64,000 bases of DNA from an uncultured Gemmataceae bacterium (GTDB lineage Bacteria > Planctomycetota > Planctomycetia > Gemmatales > Gemmataceae), in the NCBI GenBank assembly GCA_963750165.1, contig CAVVPN010000011.1, positions 384,001 to 448,000 on the forward strand. The letters run 5' to 3'. A model generated the notes under the pieces. That model did no database searches and was not told the origin of the DNA. It worked only from the letters and a program-made list of their open reading frames with translations. This document shows positions 12,110 through 22,006 of the stretch, piece by piece; within the stretch, counting starts at the first letter, position 1; each line of letters opens with the position of its first letter. A program made the position numbers and the translations under genes.

Positions 12110-12412
12110 ATGGCGAGTGTCAACGGTCGAAACGGCGGCGGCGTCGAGGCGCTGGGCCTGGTGGAAACGAAGGGTTACCTGGCGACGATCGCGGCGACGG
12201 ACGCGATGTGCAAGGCGGCGAACATCACGCTGGCGGGCCAGGTGCAGATCGGCAACGCCTTCGTGACGACGTTCGTGCGTGGCGACGTGGGCTCGGTGCG
12301 GGCGGCGGTGGACGCGGGCGCCGCGGCGGCGACGCAGCACGGCGAGTTGGTCAGCGCGCACGTGATCCCGCGACCGGACGAGGCGGTGCTGGAGACGTTC
12401 CTGGGCCGCTGA
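12110..12412 (+). CDS. BMC-H shell protein
   Basis: [39 protein letters not shown]. Confidence 0.96.
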   Translation: MASVNGRNGGGVEALGLVETKGYLATIAATDAMCKAANITLAGQVQIGNAFVTTFVRGDVGSVRAAVDAGAAAATQHGELVSAHVIPRPDEAVLETFLGR

Positions 12413-12422
12413 GGAACTGCGG

Positions 12423-13643
12423 ATGAAGATCCTGGTCGCGAACCTGGGCAGCACCAGCTTCAAGTACCGCCTGTTCGACATGACGGACGAGCGCGTGCTG
12501 GCGCGCGGTGGCGTCGAGCGCATCGGTTCAGAGCGGGCGCGCTGCTACGTCCAGGCGGGCGCGATCAAGGAGGAGGCCCAGCTGGCGGCGCAGGACCACG
12601 CCGTCGCGGTGCGGCTGTGTCTGCAACAGCTGTCGGACCCGCGGCTGGGCTGCCTGAAAGACCCGTCCGAGCTGGCGGCCATCGGCTTCAAGGCGGTCCA
12701 CGCGCGCGGCGTCACCGGCGTGCAGCGCGTCAGTGACAGGGTGCTGTCAGCGATGGAGGCGTATGCGGACGTGGCGCCGGCGCACAACCCGCCCTATGTC
12801 GCGGCGATGCGGCTGCTGGCGCGGGAGTTGCCGCAGTTACCGCTGGTGGCCGCGTTCGAGACGGGCTTCCACGAGACGATCCCGCCGGCGCGGAAACTGT
12901 ACGCGGCGCCGCAGGAGTGGGCCGAGAAGTATGGCGTCAGGCGCTGGGGCTTCCACGGCGCCAGCCATCGCTACATCGCGGAGCGGACGGCGTTCCTGCT
13001 GGGCAATCCCGACGCCAAAATCATCTCCTGCCACCTGGGCGGCAGCAGTTCGCTGTGTGCGATCCACGCGGGCAAGTCCGTGGCGGCCAGCATGGGTATG
13101 AGCCCGCAGAGCGGCCTGCCGCAGAACAACCGCGTCGGCGACTTCGACGTGTTTGCCTTGCCGATGCTGCTGCGCGAGACGGGCAAGACGCTCGACCAGC
13201 TGCTCGACGAGCTGGCCAACCGTTCGGGCCTGCAAGGATTGAGTAACGCAGGCAACGACCTGCGCGACATTGAGGCGGCGGCCGCGGCGGGCAACGAACG
13301 GGCCCAGCTGGCGATGGACGTTTACGCCGAGGCGGTGCGGCACTACCTCGGGGCGTTTCTGGTGCATCTGAACGGCGCGGACGCGATCGTGTTCACCGGC
13401 GGCATCGGCGAGAACTCCCCGCGGATGCGGCAGGCGATCTGCGAGCACCTGGAGTGGTTCGGCATCGTGATGGACCCGCGCCGCAACGCGACCGTGCAGG
13501 GCGAGGACCGCATCGACGCGGACGAGAGTCAGGTGCAGTTGTGGATCATGCCGACGAATGAGGAGCTGATCGTCGCCCGGCAGGCGAAGGAGTTGCTTCT
13601 ATGGCACGCCGTTTACAACGGGATTACTGGCGACCCGCCGTAA
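12423..13643 (+). CDS. ackA: Acetate/propionate kinase
   Basis: ILVANLGSTSFKY, APAHNP, FETGFH, WGFHGASH, CHLGGSSS, FTGGIGEN, PTNEE. Confidence 0.93.
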   Translation: MKILVANLGSTSFKYRLFDMTDERVLARGGVERIGSERARCYVQAGAIKEEAQLAAQDHAVAVRLCLQQLSDPRLGCLKDPSELAAIGFKAVHARGVTGVQRVSDRVLSAMEAYADVAPAHNPPYVAAMRLLARELPQLPLVAAFETGFHETIPPARKLYAAPQEWAEKYGVRRWGFHGASHRYIAERTAFLLGNPDAKIISCHLGGSSSLCAIHAGKSVAASMGMSPQSGLPQNNRVGDFDVFALPMLLRETGKTLDQLLDELANRSGLQGLSNAGNDLRDIEAAAAAGNERAQLAMDVYAEAVRHYLGAFLVHLNGADAIVFTGGIGENSPRMRQAICEHLEWFGIVMDPRRNATVQGEDRIDADESQVQLWIMPTNEELIVARQAKELLLWHAVYNGITGDPP

Positions 13644-13671
13644 ACAATGATTTGGATGAAAAGGACTCCCC

Positions 13672-13986
13672 ATGTTCCTGGCCCGCGTGACAGGCAGTGT
13701 GGTGGCGACGCACAAGGTCGCCAACATGACCGGGCACAAGCTGCTGACGGTCGAGCCGCTGCGTGTCGAGCCGGGCCAGCGCGACCGGCTGGTGAGCACC
13801 GGCCGCACCTTCGTCGTGGTGGACACCATCGGCGCCGGCCAGGGCGAACTGGTGCTGATCGTGCAGGGCTCCAGCGCCCGCCTGACGCCGGAGACGGAAA
13901 AACTACCGGTCGATGCCACGATCATCGGCATCGTGGACACTGTGAACGTCGAGAACAAGACCATCTTTTCCAGTCGGGAAAGCTGA
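13672..13986 (+). CDS. BMC-P pentamer (EutN/CcmL family)
   Basis: [43 protein letters not shown]. Confidence 0.95.
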   Translation: MFLARVTGSVVATHKVANMTGHKLLTVEPLRVEPGQRDRLVSTGRTFVVVDTIGAGQGELVLIVQGSSARLTPETEKLPVDATIIGIVDTVNVENKTIFSSRES

Positions 13987-13988
13987 CG

Positions 13989-15425
13989 ATGAGCGCAACC
14001 ATGCAAGTGACCGACGACCTGATTCGCAGCGTCCTGCACGAGGTGCTGAGCGCCATGCGCAACGGCAGCGCCGCCGCGAAGGCCAACGGCGACGCCCGCG
14101 CCTGGGGCGTTTTCGACGACGTGGACGCCGCGGTGAAGGCCGCGACGGCGGCCCAGCGCGAATTCCAGAAGCGCGGCCTCGAAGATCGCCGCAAAGCGGT
14201 TGATTGTGTGCGGCACATCTGCCGCAGCCAGGCCCAGGAACTCGGCCGGCTGGAGTTCGAGGAGACGAAGATCGGCCGGCTGACGCACAAGGTCGAGAAG
14301 CTGATCGTCGCCGCGGACAAGACGCCCGGCGTGGAATTTCTGCGGACGGACGCCTTCAGCGGCGAACATGGCATCACGCTGCAGGAGTTCGCGCCGTTCG
14401 GCGTCGTCGGCATCATCACGCCGGTGACGCACTCGCTGCCGACGCTGGCCGGCAACGCCATCAACCTGCTGGCGGCCGGCAACGCCTTCGTGTGCAACCC
14501 ACACCCCAGCGGCGCGAAGATCGCCTGCCGCGGTGTCGAGCTGTTCAACCGGGCCATCCACGACGCCATCGGCATTGACAGCCTGTTGACCATCATCGCG
14601 CAGCCGACGCTGGAATCGGCGCAGGCCATCTTCGACCACCGCGACGTGAAGCTGCTGTGCGTGACTGGCGGCCCCGCGGTCGGCCGGGCGGCCCTGCGCA
14701 GCCCGAAGCGAGCCATCGTTGCCGGGCCGGGCAATCCGCCGGTGGTTGTCGATGAGACCGCCGATTTGGAGAACGCCGCCCGCTGCATCGTCGCCGGCGC
14801 CGGTTACGACAACAACCTGCTGTGCATCGGCGAAAAGGAAGTGTTCGCGGTCGCCGCCATCTTCGACGAGTTGATGGCGGCTTTCGCGCAGGCCGGGGCG
14901 TACCGGCTCAACCAGGAGCAGGTCGCGGCGCTGACGAAGGTGGCGTTCGTGCCTTATGAGGGCGACAAGAACAAATTGGTTGTGAACAAGGATTTGATCG
15001 GTGCGGATGCGGCGGTGCTGGCGAAGCACGCGGGCGTGACGGTGCCGGCGGCCACGGAAATCCTGGTCGGCGAAACGGAGGCGACGCATCCGTTTGTGGA
15101 GCAGGAGCAGATGATGCCGTTCGTGCCGTGCGTGCGTGTGCCGGACGTGGACACGGCCATCGACCTGGCGAAGCAGTACGAGCACGGCTTCCGGCACACG
15201 GCGATCATTCATTCGCGCAACGTCGAGACGATCACGCGCATGGGCCGCGAGATGGACGTGACGCTGTTCGTGCAGAACGGGCCGAGCATGGCGGCGCTGG
15301 GCCTGGGCGGCGAGGGCTATTTGAGCTTCAGCATCGCGACGCCGACCGGCGAGGGCGTGACGACGCCGCTGACGTTCACGCGCCAGCGCCGCTCGTCCAC
15401 GGTGGGGGCGCTGCGGATTTTCTGA
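13989..15425 (+). CDS. Acylating aldehyde dehydrogenase (EutE/PduP-like) with N-terminal encapsulation peptide
   Basis: [51 protein letters not shown]. Confidence 0.93.
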   Translation: MSATMQVTDDLIRSVLHEVLSAMRNGSAAAKANGDARAWGVFDDVDAAVKAATAAQREFQKRGLEDRRKAVDCVRHICRSQAQELGRLEFEETKIGRLTHKVEKLIVAADKTPGVEFLRTDAFSGEHGITLQEFAPFGVVGIITPVTHSLPTLAGNAINLLAAGNAFVCNPHPSGAKIACRGVELFNRAIHDAIGIDSLLTIIAQPTLESAQAIFDHRDVKLLCVTGGPAVGRAALRSPKRAIVAGPGNPPVVVDETADLENAARCIVAGAGYDNNLLCIGEKEVFAVAAIFDELMAAFAQAGAYRLNQEQVAALTKVAFVPYEGDKNKLVVNKDLIGADAAVLAKHAGVTVPAATEILVGETEATHPFVEQEQMMPFVPCVRVPDVDTAIDLAKQYEHGFRHTAIIHSRNVETITRMGREMDVTLFVQNGPSMAALGLGGEGYLSFSIATPTGEGVTTPLTFTRQRRSSTVGALRIF

Positions 15426-15434
15426 TGCGTCTTG

Positions 15435-15479
15435 CTCCCCTCGCCCCCTTCAGAGGGAGAGGGGTTGGGGGTGAGGGGG
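15435..15479. repeat. C-rich/G-rich palindromic repeat (related copies at 16642-16680 and 26249-26277)
   Basis: CTCCCCTCGCCC...GGGAGAGGGGTTGGGGGTGAGGGG pattern recurs. Confidence 0.6.
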
Positions 15480-15484
15480 TTTTC

Positions 15485-15739
15485 GTGCAACGCGCGCGCA
15501 TCGTCGGCCACGCCACCGCGACGGTCAAGCACCCGACGCTGGTCGGCTGGAAGCTGCTGCTGGTACAACCGCTCGGCGCCAACGGCCAGCCCGATGGCGA
15601 ACCGCAGCTGGCCATCGACACGCTGGGCGCCGGCCGCGATGACACCGTGGTGGCACTGAACGACGGCGACGTGGCCCGGCAGCTGGTCGGCGCCAGGAAT
15701 TCGCCGGTGCGCTGGGTGGTGCTGGGGATTTGTGACTGA
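15485..15739 (+). CDS. BMC-P pentamer (EutN/CcmL family)
   Basis: GTG start; ARIVGHATATVKHPTL.GWKLLLVQP..AIDTLGAG..VLGICD. Confidence 0.9.
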   Translation: MQRARIVGHATATVKHPTLVGWKLLLVQPLGANGQPDGEPQLAIDTLGAGRDDTVVALNDGDVARQLVGARNSPVRWVVLGICD

Positions 15740-16380
15740 TGAGCGGCAACGGCCAACTTGACGGGGTGCTGCGCTGGCCGGGCCGGGTGGTCGCGGCCGA
15801 GGAACTGCGCCGCCGCCTCAACGGCCACCGCGAGTTGCTGTTGCCGCCGCGCACCGTGGTGACGCCGCTGGCCCTGGAAGAACTGCGAGCGCTGGGGGTC
15901 CACGTCCGCCGCGAGGAAGAGCCGGCCGCGCAGCCCGGCGCCCTGCCGTGGGGCTACGGCCAGGATCGGGCGCACGCCCTGGTGCAGAGCGCCGCCCGTG
16001 CCGTGCAGCGCGACGGCCTGGCGCTGCAGGAACTGGCCGCCGCGACTCAGACGCCGGCCGCGGGTTGGGCGCGGGCGGTGGCGGAGCGCGTCGCCCGCGG
16101 TGATTGCCAGGGTGGTGTGCTGTTCTGCGACAACCCGGCGCTGGTGTGCTGCGTCGCCAACAAGGTCGCTGGCTTGCGAGCCGCGGCGGTCGCCACCATC
16201 GCCCAGGCCGCGCAGGCGCTCGCGACTTTCGCCCCGAACCTTGTCGCCGTTCCAATGCCGGGCCGCACGTTCTTCGAGATCCGGCAAATTCTGCGGACGT
16301 TTTGCCAGGTGGGTTTGCCGCGCTGCCCGGACGGCGCGGCCTGTACGCTGCGGGAACTGGACGGCCATGCGCATCGCTGA
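15739..16380 (+). CDS. PVM-locus protein with RpiB/LacAB-like domain
   Basis: GGVLFC..CCVANKVAGLRAA..PNLVAV resembles RpiB; VVTPLA motif in the N-terminus. Confidence 0.7.
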   Translation: MSGNGQLDGVLRWPGRVVAAEELRRRLNGHRELLLPPRTVVTPLALEELRALGVHVRREEEPAAQPGALPWGYGQDRAHALVQSAARAVQRDGLALQELAAATQTPAAGWARAVAERVARGDCQGGVLFCDNPALVCCVANKVAGLRAAAVATIAQAAQALATFAPNLVAVPMPGRTFFEIRQILRTFCQVGLPRCPDGAACTLRELDGHAHR

Positions 16381-16684
16381 GGTCATCGGCACCGTGACGC
16401 TGTCGCGCTGGCACCCGAGTCTGGCGGGCGGCCGCTGGCTGATCGGCGTGCCGTACAGCCTGAAAGCGCTGCAACAGCAGACGCCGGCCGACGGCGAGGA
16501 TTTCGTGCTTTACGACAACCTCGGCGCCGGTCACGGCGAGCGCATCGCCGTCAGCGAGGGCGCCGAAGCCGCCGCCCCGTTTCATCCGAACAAGGTTCCG
16601 CTGGACGCCTTTTGTGCGTGCATTCTCGACCAGATCAACCTCTCCCTCCCCCCTGGTGGGGGAGGGCCGGGGTGGGGGGGATAG
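16367..16684 (+). CDS. BMC-P pentamer (EutN/CcmL family)
   Basis: MRIAEVIGTVTLSR.HP..YDNLGAG.G..SEGAEAAAPF..PLDAFCACILD. Confidence 0.9.
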   Translation: MRIAEVIGTVTLSRWHPSLAGGRWLIGVPYSLKALQQQTPADGEDFVLYDNLGAGHGERIAVSEGAEAAAPFHPNKVPLDAFCACILDQINLSLPPGGGGPGWGG

Positions 16685-16695
16685 CGAGGAAAATC

Positions 16696-17577
16696 ATGAA
16701 CGAATACAAGCTGAAAGAGCAGATTTGCGAGATCGGCCGCCGCCTGTACAACCGCGGTTTCGCGGCCGCCAACGACGGCAACATCACCATCCGCCTCAAC
16801 GACCGCGAAATTCTCTGCACGCCGACGATGGTCTCCAAGGGCTTCATGAAGCCCGAGGACATCTGCAAGGTTGATTACGAGGGCAAGCAACTGGCCGGCA
16901 CGCGCAAGCGCACCAGCGAGGTGCTGCTGCACCTGGCCGTCTACAAGGAACGACCGGACGTGCAGGCGGTCGTCCACTGCCACCCGCCGCACGCGACCGC
17001 GTTCGCCGTCGCCCAGGAGCCAATTCCTAAATGTGTGCTGCCGGAGGTCGAAGTATTTCTGGGGATCGTGCCGATGGCGCGCTACGAAACTCCCGGCGGC
17101 ACCAAGTTCGCCGAGACAATTTTGCCCTACGTCAAGGAGTGCAACACGATCATCCTGGCGAACCACGGCACCGTCACGTTCGGGCCGACGCTGGAGAACG
17201 CCTACTTCAACTCGGAGATCATTGACGCCTACTGCAAGATTTTGATTCTCGCCCGGCAGCTGGGCCGCATCAACTACTTCAGCGAGAAGGAAACTCGCGA
17301 ATTGCTGGAGTTGAAGAAGCGTATCGGCTACGACGACCCGCGGCTGAAGGTAGAGAACTGCGACCTGTGCGGCAACAGCGAACTGGAGCGCGGCTTCCAG
17401 AGCTTCCAGCCCGAACCGAGGGCGTTCAAGCGCGACGAGGCCCCGGCCGCGAAGGCCGGCAGCAACGGCCACGCCGCTGCGCCGAGCAGTAACGGCCACG
17501 CGGCGAAGGCGCCGGACATTGACGAACTGGTGCGGCTCGTCACCGATCAGGTGATGGCCGCGCTGGCGAAGACCTGA
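16696..17577 (+). CDS. Class II aldolase (fuculose/rhamnulose-1-phosphate aldolase-like) with C-terminal encapsulation peptide
   Basis: ANDGNI, TPTMVSKG, TSEVLLHL, VHCHPPHATA, LANHG; tail DIDELVRLVTDQVMAAL. Confidence 0.92.
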   Translation: MNEYKLKEQICEIGRRLYNRGFAAANDGNITIRLNDREILCTPTMVSKGFMKPEDICKVDYEGKQLAGTRKRTSEVLLHLAVYKERPDVQAVVHCHPPHATAFAVAQEPIPKCVLPEVEVFLGIVPMARYETPGGTKFAETILPYVKECNTIILANHGTVTFGPTLENAYFNSEIIDAYCKILILARQLGRINYFSEKETRELLELKKRIGYDDPRLKVENCDLCGNSELERGFQSFQPEPRAFKRDEAPAAKAGSNGHAAAPSSNGHAAKAPDIDELVRLVTDQVMAALAKT

Positions 17578-17590
17578 AAGGAAGACGGCC

Positions 17591-18199
17591 ATGCCCCTGG
17601 TGAATAATGTCGGGGAACTGCAAGAATTGCTCAGTTCGATGAACATCACTGTAACCAGCGTCGATCAGCTGCGTGAACTGCTGTTGACGTTGCAGCAGGC
17701 CGACAGCAACGATCCCGCGGCCCGCCAGGCATGGGCGACCGCGCAGGCGCGGCAAGAAGCGCTGGCCGAAAAGACCAGGGACCAGGAACACGCCGAGCGC
17801 ATGCGGGCCCTGGAACTGGGTCACCCGCTGCCCGACCCGGAAGCGGTGCGGGCGGAGGCCGGGGCCATCAAGGCCACCGCCGCGGCCGCCGCCCTGCTGG
17901 GCAGCGCGGTGGTGTTCGTGGCGGTCGGCTGCTCGGTAGGGGCCACGGCCATCATCCTCCACTTCATGCACGATGCCGGGATCGTGCCCGTTTGTCTTCT
18001 CTGGCTGGTGTGCGGTGGTGTTTGTTTCGCGACCGCGTTGGGAAGCTTGACAGTGTTGAACAAGTTGCGGCTCGACCTGAAACGCGTGGGACGCCCCGCC
18101 CCGCCGCCCCCGGGCGAGGGGCCGCCTGTGGCGGCGCGCCCGATGGGAGCGGCGCAAGCGGATCGGGGCCAGTACTGGGAACGCAAACATGAAAGTTAG
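17591..18199 (+). CDS. Hypothetical membrane protein inside the BMC operon
   Basis: Good RBS context; EHAERMRALELGHPLP followed by two hydrophobic segments; overlaps the LDH start. Confidence 0.65.
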   Translation: MPLVNNVGELQELLSSMNITVTSVDQLRELLLTLQQADSNDPAARQAWATAQARQEALAEKTRDQEHAERMRALELGHPLPDPEAVRAEAGAIKATAAAAALLGSAVVFVAVGCSVGATAIILHFMHDAGIVPVCLLWLVCGGVCFATALGSLTVLNKLRLDLKRVGRPAPPPPGEGPPVAARPMGAAQADRGQYWERKHES

Positions 18200-19212
18200 C
18201 ATCGTGGGCGGCGGCGGTCTGGTCGGCAGCATGACGGCGTACGCGCTGCAGTGCGGCGGTGTCGTCAGCAGCATCTGCCTGATTGACGCCAACAACGACA
18301 TGGCGCAGGGCCAGGCGCTGGATCTGTTGCACGGCGCCAGCCTGGCCGCCGATCAGCGCATCAGCGCCGGCGGCATGGACGAAGTCGCCAGCAGCAACGT
18401 CGTCGTCGTCACCGCCGGCCTGCGTCGCAAGCCGGACGAAAGCCGCCTCGACCTCATCAACCGCAATGTCGATCTCTTTTTGGGCCTGCTCGACCAGATC
18501 AAGGCGGCGGGCCTGAAGGAGAACGCTTACCTCGTCGTGGTCAGCAACCCGGTGGACGTGCTGACGTACCTGGCGGTGCAGCGCTCCGGCCTGCCGTGGC
18601 AGCGCGTGATTGGGTTGGGCACGCAGCTCGACACGGCCCGCTTCCGCAGCTACCTCGCCCGCAGGTTGCAGGTGCCGCCGACGCAGGTGAATGCGCTGAT
18701 CCTCGGCGAGCACGGCGACAGCATGGTGCCGATCTGGTCGAGCGCCACGGTCGCGGGGCTGCCGCTGGAGCAGTGGCCCGGCTTCGGCCCGCAGGTGATG
18801 AAGGAGTGCTTCGAGGACACGAAGACCGCGGGCGCCCAGGTCATCAAGCTCAAGGGCGGCTCCGGCTTCGCGGTCGGCCTGTCCATCCGCGACGTGATCC
18901 ACGCCCTCGCCCTGGACAGCCGCAAAATCCTGCCGGTGAGCACGCTGCAGTCCGGGGCGTATGGGCTGCGCGACGTGTGCATTTCGGTGCCGACCGTGGT
19001 GGGCTGCGGCGGGGCGCGGCAGCACATCGAGCTGGAATTGACGCAGAAGGAGCGGCTGGCGCTGCTGCAGTCGGCGCGCGTGCTGCGCGAGACCATCGGG
19101 CAGGTGGAGGCGCGCATCGGCGGGGCACCCGCGAAACCGGCGGCGCCGGCCGGTAACGGGGATGTGGTGTTGTCGAAGAATCGGGTCATCCCGCAGTGCC
19201 TGGCAACGCTAA
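18189..19212 (+). CDS. ldh: Lactate/malate dehydrogenase family protein (PVM locus); apparent read-through fusion to the next gene, probably from an indel near 19195
   Basis: VSIVGGGGLVG, TAGLRRKPDESRLDLINRN, VSNPVDVL, GTQLDTARF, LGEHGDSMVP; an alternative frame ends SAWQR-TAA at 19210-19212. Confidence 0.85.
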
Positions 19213-19247
19213 CAGGGGTCAGAACTGCTCCGCAGTCGGGGTGCCCA

Positions 19248-19973
19248 ATGACGGGTTATGTTTTTGAACCGCAAGTTGATGAGGAGGAATGGCTCGACCT
19301 TTCCACCCACAACTTCTGGCGGGTATGGTGTTCCATGCCGTACCCGGAAGGGCTGGGCGTGCCGGATCGCAAAAAGTTCCTGCTCGTCGCACACCTGCTG
19401 CGGCAGATCGCCGACCAACTGACCGATCCGGTATTCGTTAGCGCGATCGAAGCGGGGGAGCAGTACGCGGACGGCCTGATCAATTCAGAGGAAATGTGGG
19501 AGGCATACGAACGGGCGTTGGTCGTTTATGACACGACACCCCGGCCGCACCAGGCCGCGGCAGACGCGGTCGATGCGGCCCAGCGGTATCTGTACGACCA
19601 AGGTGAGACGGCAGAAATGGTGGTCGGGGCGGCCGGGTCGCGGGCCGCCCATTTAGCCGGCGGCCGGGGCGAACGAGCCAAGGCCGCACGCCGCAATGCG
19701 ATGGACGCGATGGAAGCGTTGATCCGCCGGCTGATCCACGAGGTACATGGCAACCCATTCCGCCCCGTCACCTTCGCCCCGGAATGGCGGACGGGCGCCG
19801 TCGTTGCTCTGGCCCGGCAGATGTACGACACCCGCGATTTCGCCGTGATGCCGATTCTCGGCGACGCCCTCGAAGAAGCCGGCTGCACCGAAGCCGCCAT
19901 CCTGGAGCACGTGTGCGGTCCCGGGCCGCACATCCGCGGTTGCTGGGTGGTGGATCTGGTCCTGGGGAAGTAG
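19248..19973 (+). CDS. Gemmataceae lineage-expanded hypothetical family protein
   Basis: C-terminal signature GNPFRPVTFAPEWRT..VVALARQMYDTRDF..MPILGDALEEAGC..H.RGCWVVDLVLGK. Confidence 0.8.
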   Translation: MTGYVFEPQVDEEEWLDLSTHNFWRVWCSMPYPEGLGVPDRKKFLLVAHLLRQIADQLTDPVFVSAIEAGEQYADGLINSEEMWEAYERALVVYDTTPRPHQAAADAVDAAQRYLYDQGETAEMVVGAAGSRAAHLAGGRGERAKAARRNAMDAMEALIRRLIHEVHGNPFRPVTFAPEWRTGAVVALARQMYDTRDFAVMPILGDALEEAGCTEAAILEHVCGPGPHIRGCWVVDLVLGK

Positions 19974-20050
19974 GCAGAAGCGGCGCTAACCGGGGTGCGT
20001 GGGCGGCTGTGTGTGTGTAGGGCGCAATGCAATCCAATTGCTGATGAGTC

Positions 20051-21262
20051 ATGGTCGAAAAAACGCTCGATAAAAAACTGCGGCGCCTCCACGCCGACCC
20101 GCTGCGCTGCAAGGACTTCATCCTCGCCGACGCCAAGGACGCCGACATGGCCCTGAGCATCGGCGCCCCCGGCCGCTCGCCCGAGGCGCACCCCGGTGAG
20201 GTCCGTTACCGCAGCCTGGCCGAGTTCCGCGCCATCATCGCGCAAATCGTCGAGCAGCAGCTGGTGGACATCATGCTGATGTCGGCGAGCACCAGTGAAG
20301 TGTTGACGATCCACCGGCGCCTCTTCGATGACAGCCCGGTGACACCGGCGGCCCGTGCCAACGACACCACCGACATCCACATCCTGCGCGGCGGCAAGTA
20401 CACCGCGCACCCGTCGCTGCCGTTCCGCACCGCGACGCTCGACCACATGCAGTGCGGCCACCTCGACTGCACCGCGGAGGAACGCACGCTTGGCGTCAAC
20501 CTCGGCCTGTACAGCATCACCTTCACCAACGACACCGTCCTCGACCGCGCCGCCCTGGAGGAGTACAACCGCTTCCGCCTGGAGGCCGAGCGCAAGGGCT
20601 TCCGTCACTTCCTGGAAATTTTTGACCCGAATGTGCCGAACGCCGTGGACCCGGCGAAGCTGCCCGAGTTCATCAACGACGCCATCGTGCGCACGCTCGG
20701 CGGCGTCACGGCGCAGGGCCGGCCGCTGTTTTTGAAAATGGTCTACCACGGTCCGAAGGCGCTGGAGGAACTGGTCCACTACGATCCGCACCTGGTCGTC
20801 GGCATCCTCGGCGGCTCGGCGGGCACGACCTACGACGCGTTCAAGCTGCTCGCTGAGGCGAGGAAGTACGGCGCCCGCGTGGCGCTGTTCGGCCGCAAGA
20901 TCAACAACGCCGAGAACCAGTTCGCGTTCATCCGCTTTCTGCGGCTGATCGCGGACGGGGTGGTCGGCCCGGAGGAGGCGGTGCGCGCCTATCACGGCGT
21001 CCTGCAAAACCTCGGCGTCAAGCCGCACCGGTCGCTGGCGGACGACCTGCAACTGCAAACCAATGTGATGCACTACGGCGGCAACGGCACCACGATCAGC
21101 CTGCCACCCGCACCACGATCCGAAGCGTCCTGTGCCTGCCAGACCGCAGCCACGGCGGAGCGGGAGTGTCACTGCCAGCCGACGGAGCGGGACTTCCGCA
21201 CCATGACGCCGGCCCAGAAGATCGCCTATCACAAGGCCCGCTGGGACCGCATCCTGGGGTAG
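20051..21262 (+). CDS. Conserved aldolase-like TIM-barrel protein associated with the BMC locus
   Basis: FILADAKDADMA, RPLFLK, VGILGG, ARVALFGRKIN resemble class I aldolase-type barrels. Confidence 0.65.
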   Translation: MVEKTLDKKLRRLHADPLRCKDFILADAKDADMALSIGAPGRSPEAHPGEVRYRSLAEFRAIIAQIVEQQLVDIMLMSASTSEVLTIHRRLFDDSPVTPAARANDTTDIHILRGGKYTAHPSLPFRTATLDHMQCGHLDCTAEERTLGVNLGLYSITFTNDTVLDRAALEEYNRFRLEAERKGFRHFLEIFDPNVPNAVDPAKLPEFINDAIVRTLGGVTAQGRPLFLKMVYHGPKALEELVHYDPHLVVGILGGSAGTTYDAFKLLAEARKYGARVALFGRKINNAENQFAFIRFLRLIADGVVGPEEAVRAYHGVLQNLGVKPHRSLADDLQLQTNVMHYGGNGTTISLPPAPRSEASCACQTAATAERECHCQPTERDFRTMTPAQKIAYHKARWDRILG

Positions 21263-21415
21263 CATCCGCGCTGTCGTTCGCCCTGCGAAGATGAAGCGGA
21301 TTTTAAGTGCGGCTCACTTCCAGTTCAGGCCCTTCGATTACAATCTCCTTTATGGAACGGGTGGCGGCCCCACGTCGGGACAGTCGCCGAAACCATGCTT
21401 TCCGGAGGGGATTCC

Positions 21416-21964
21416 ATGCCTGTATGTCTGCGTTGGCTGGCGGCGTGTGTCGTCCTGGTATTGTTGTTGGGCACGGGCAGCGTGCAAGGCGGCAACCGCG
21501 AGGACGGGCAGAAAGCGAAAGCCAGGGCCAAAAAGGATGGCCAAAAGCAGACCGGCCAGCACGAAGACGAGGACCGGCCGGCCAAGGCCCAGGGCAAGAA
21601 GAAGGGCGAGGACGACGAGCACAAGGGTGAAGGCAAGGCCAGGACTGGCAAGGGAAAGAAGGGCGAGGACGACGACGAGCGCGAAGAGCGCGCGAGCAAG
21701 GCCAAGGGTAAGAAGAAAGAAGGCGACCGCGACGAACGCGACGGCCGGAACCATCAGTCCGGCTTTCAGGGCGAGCAGCGCGGCGAACACGACGATGCCA
21801 AACCCGCCAAAGGCAAAACTCAAACCAAGGGTAGGGAGAACGCGGGCGGCAAGCAGTCGATCCGGGAGTCCCATTCGACCGACCGCACTGCCGAGTTGGA
21901 GCGGCGCCTGGACCGTCTGCTGACGGAACTGGAGGCATTGCGGCGCGAGTTGCGGAAGAAGTAA
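21416..21964 (+). CDS. Secreted Lys/Glu/Asp-rich low-complexity protein
   Basis: Signal peptide; repeated KKKGEDD; C-terminal coiled coil. Confidence 0.7.
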   Translation: MPVCLRWLAACVVLVLLLGTGSVQGGNREDGQKAKARAKKDGQKQTGQHEDEDRPAKAQGKKKGEDDEHKGEGKARTGKGKKGEDDDEREERASKAKGKKKEGDRDERDGRNHQSGFQGEQRGEHDDAKPAKGKTQTKGRENAGGKQSIRESHSTDRTAELERRLDRLLTELEALRRELRKK

Positions 21965-22006
21965 AACCAGCCGCCCTATCCGTTCATTTACAATCAGGAG
22001 GAAGCG

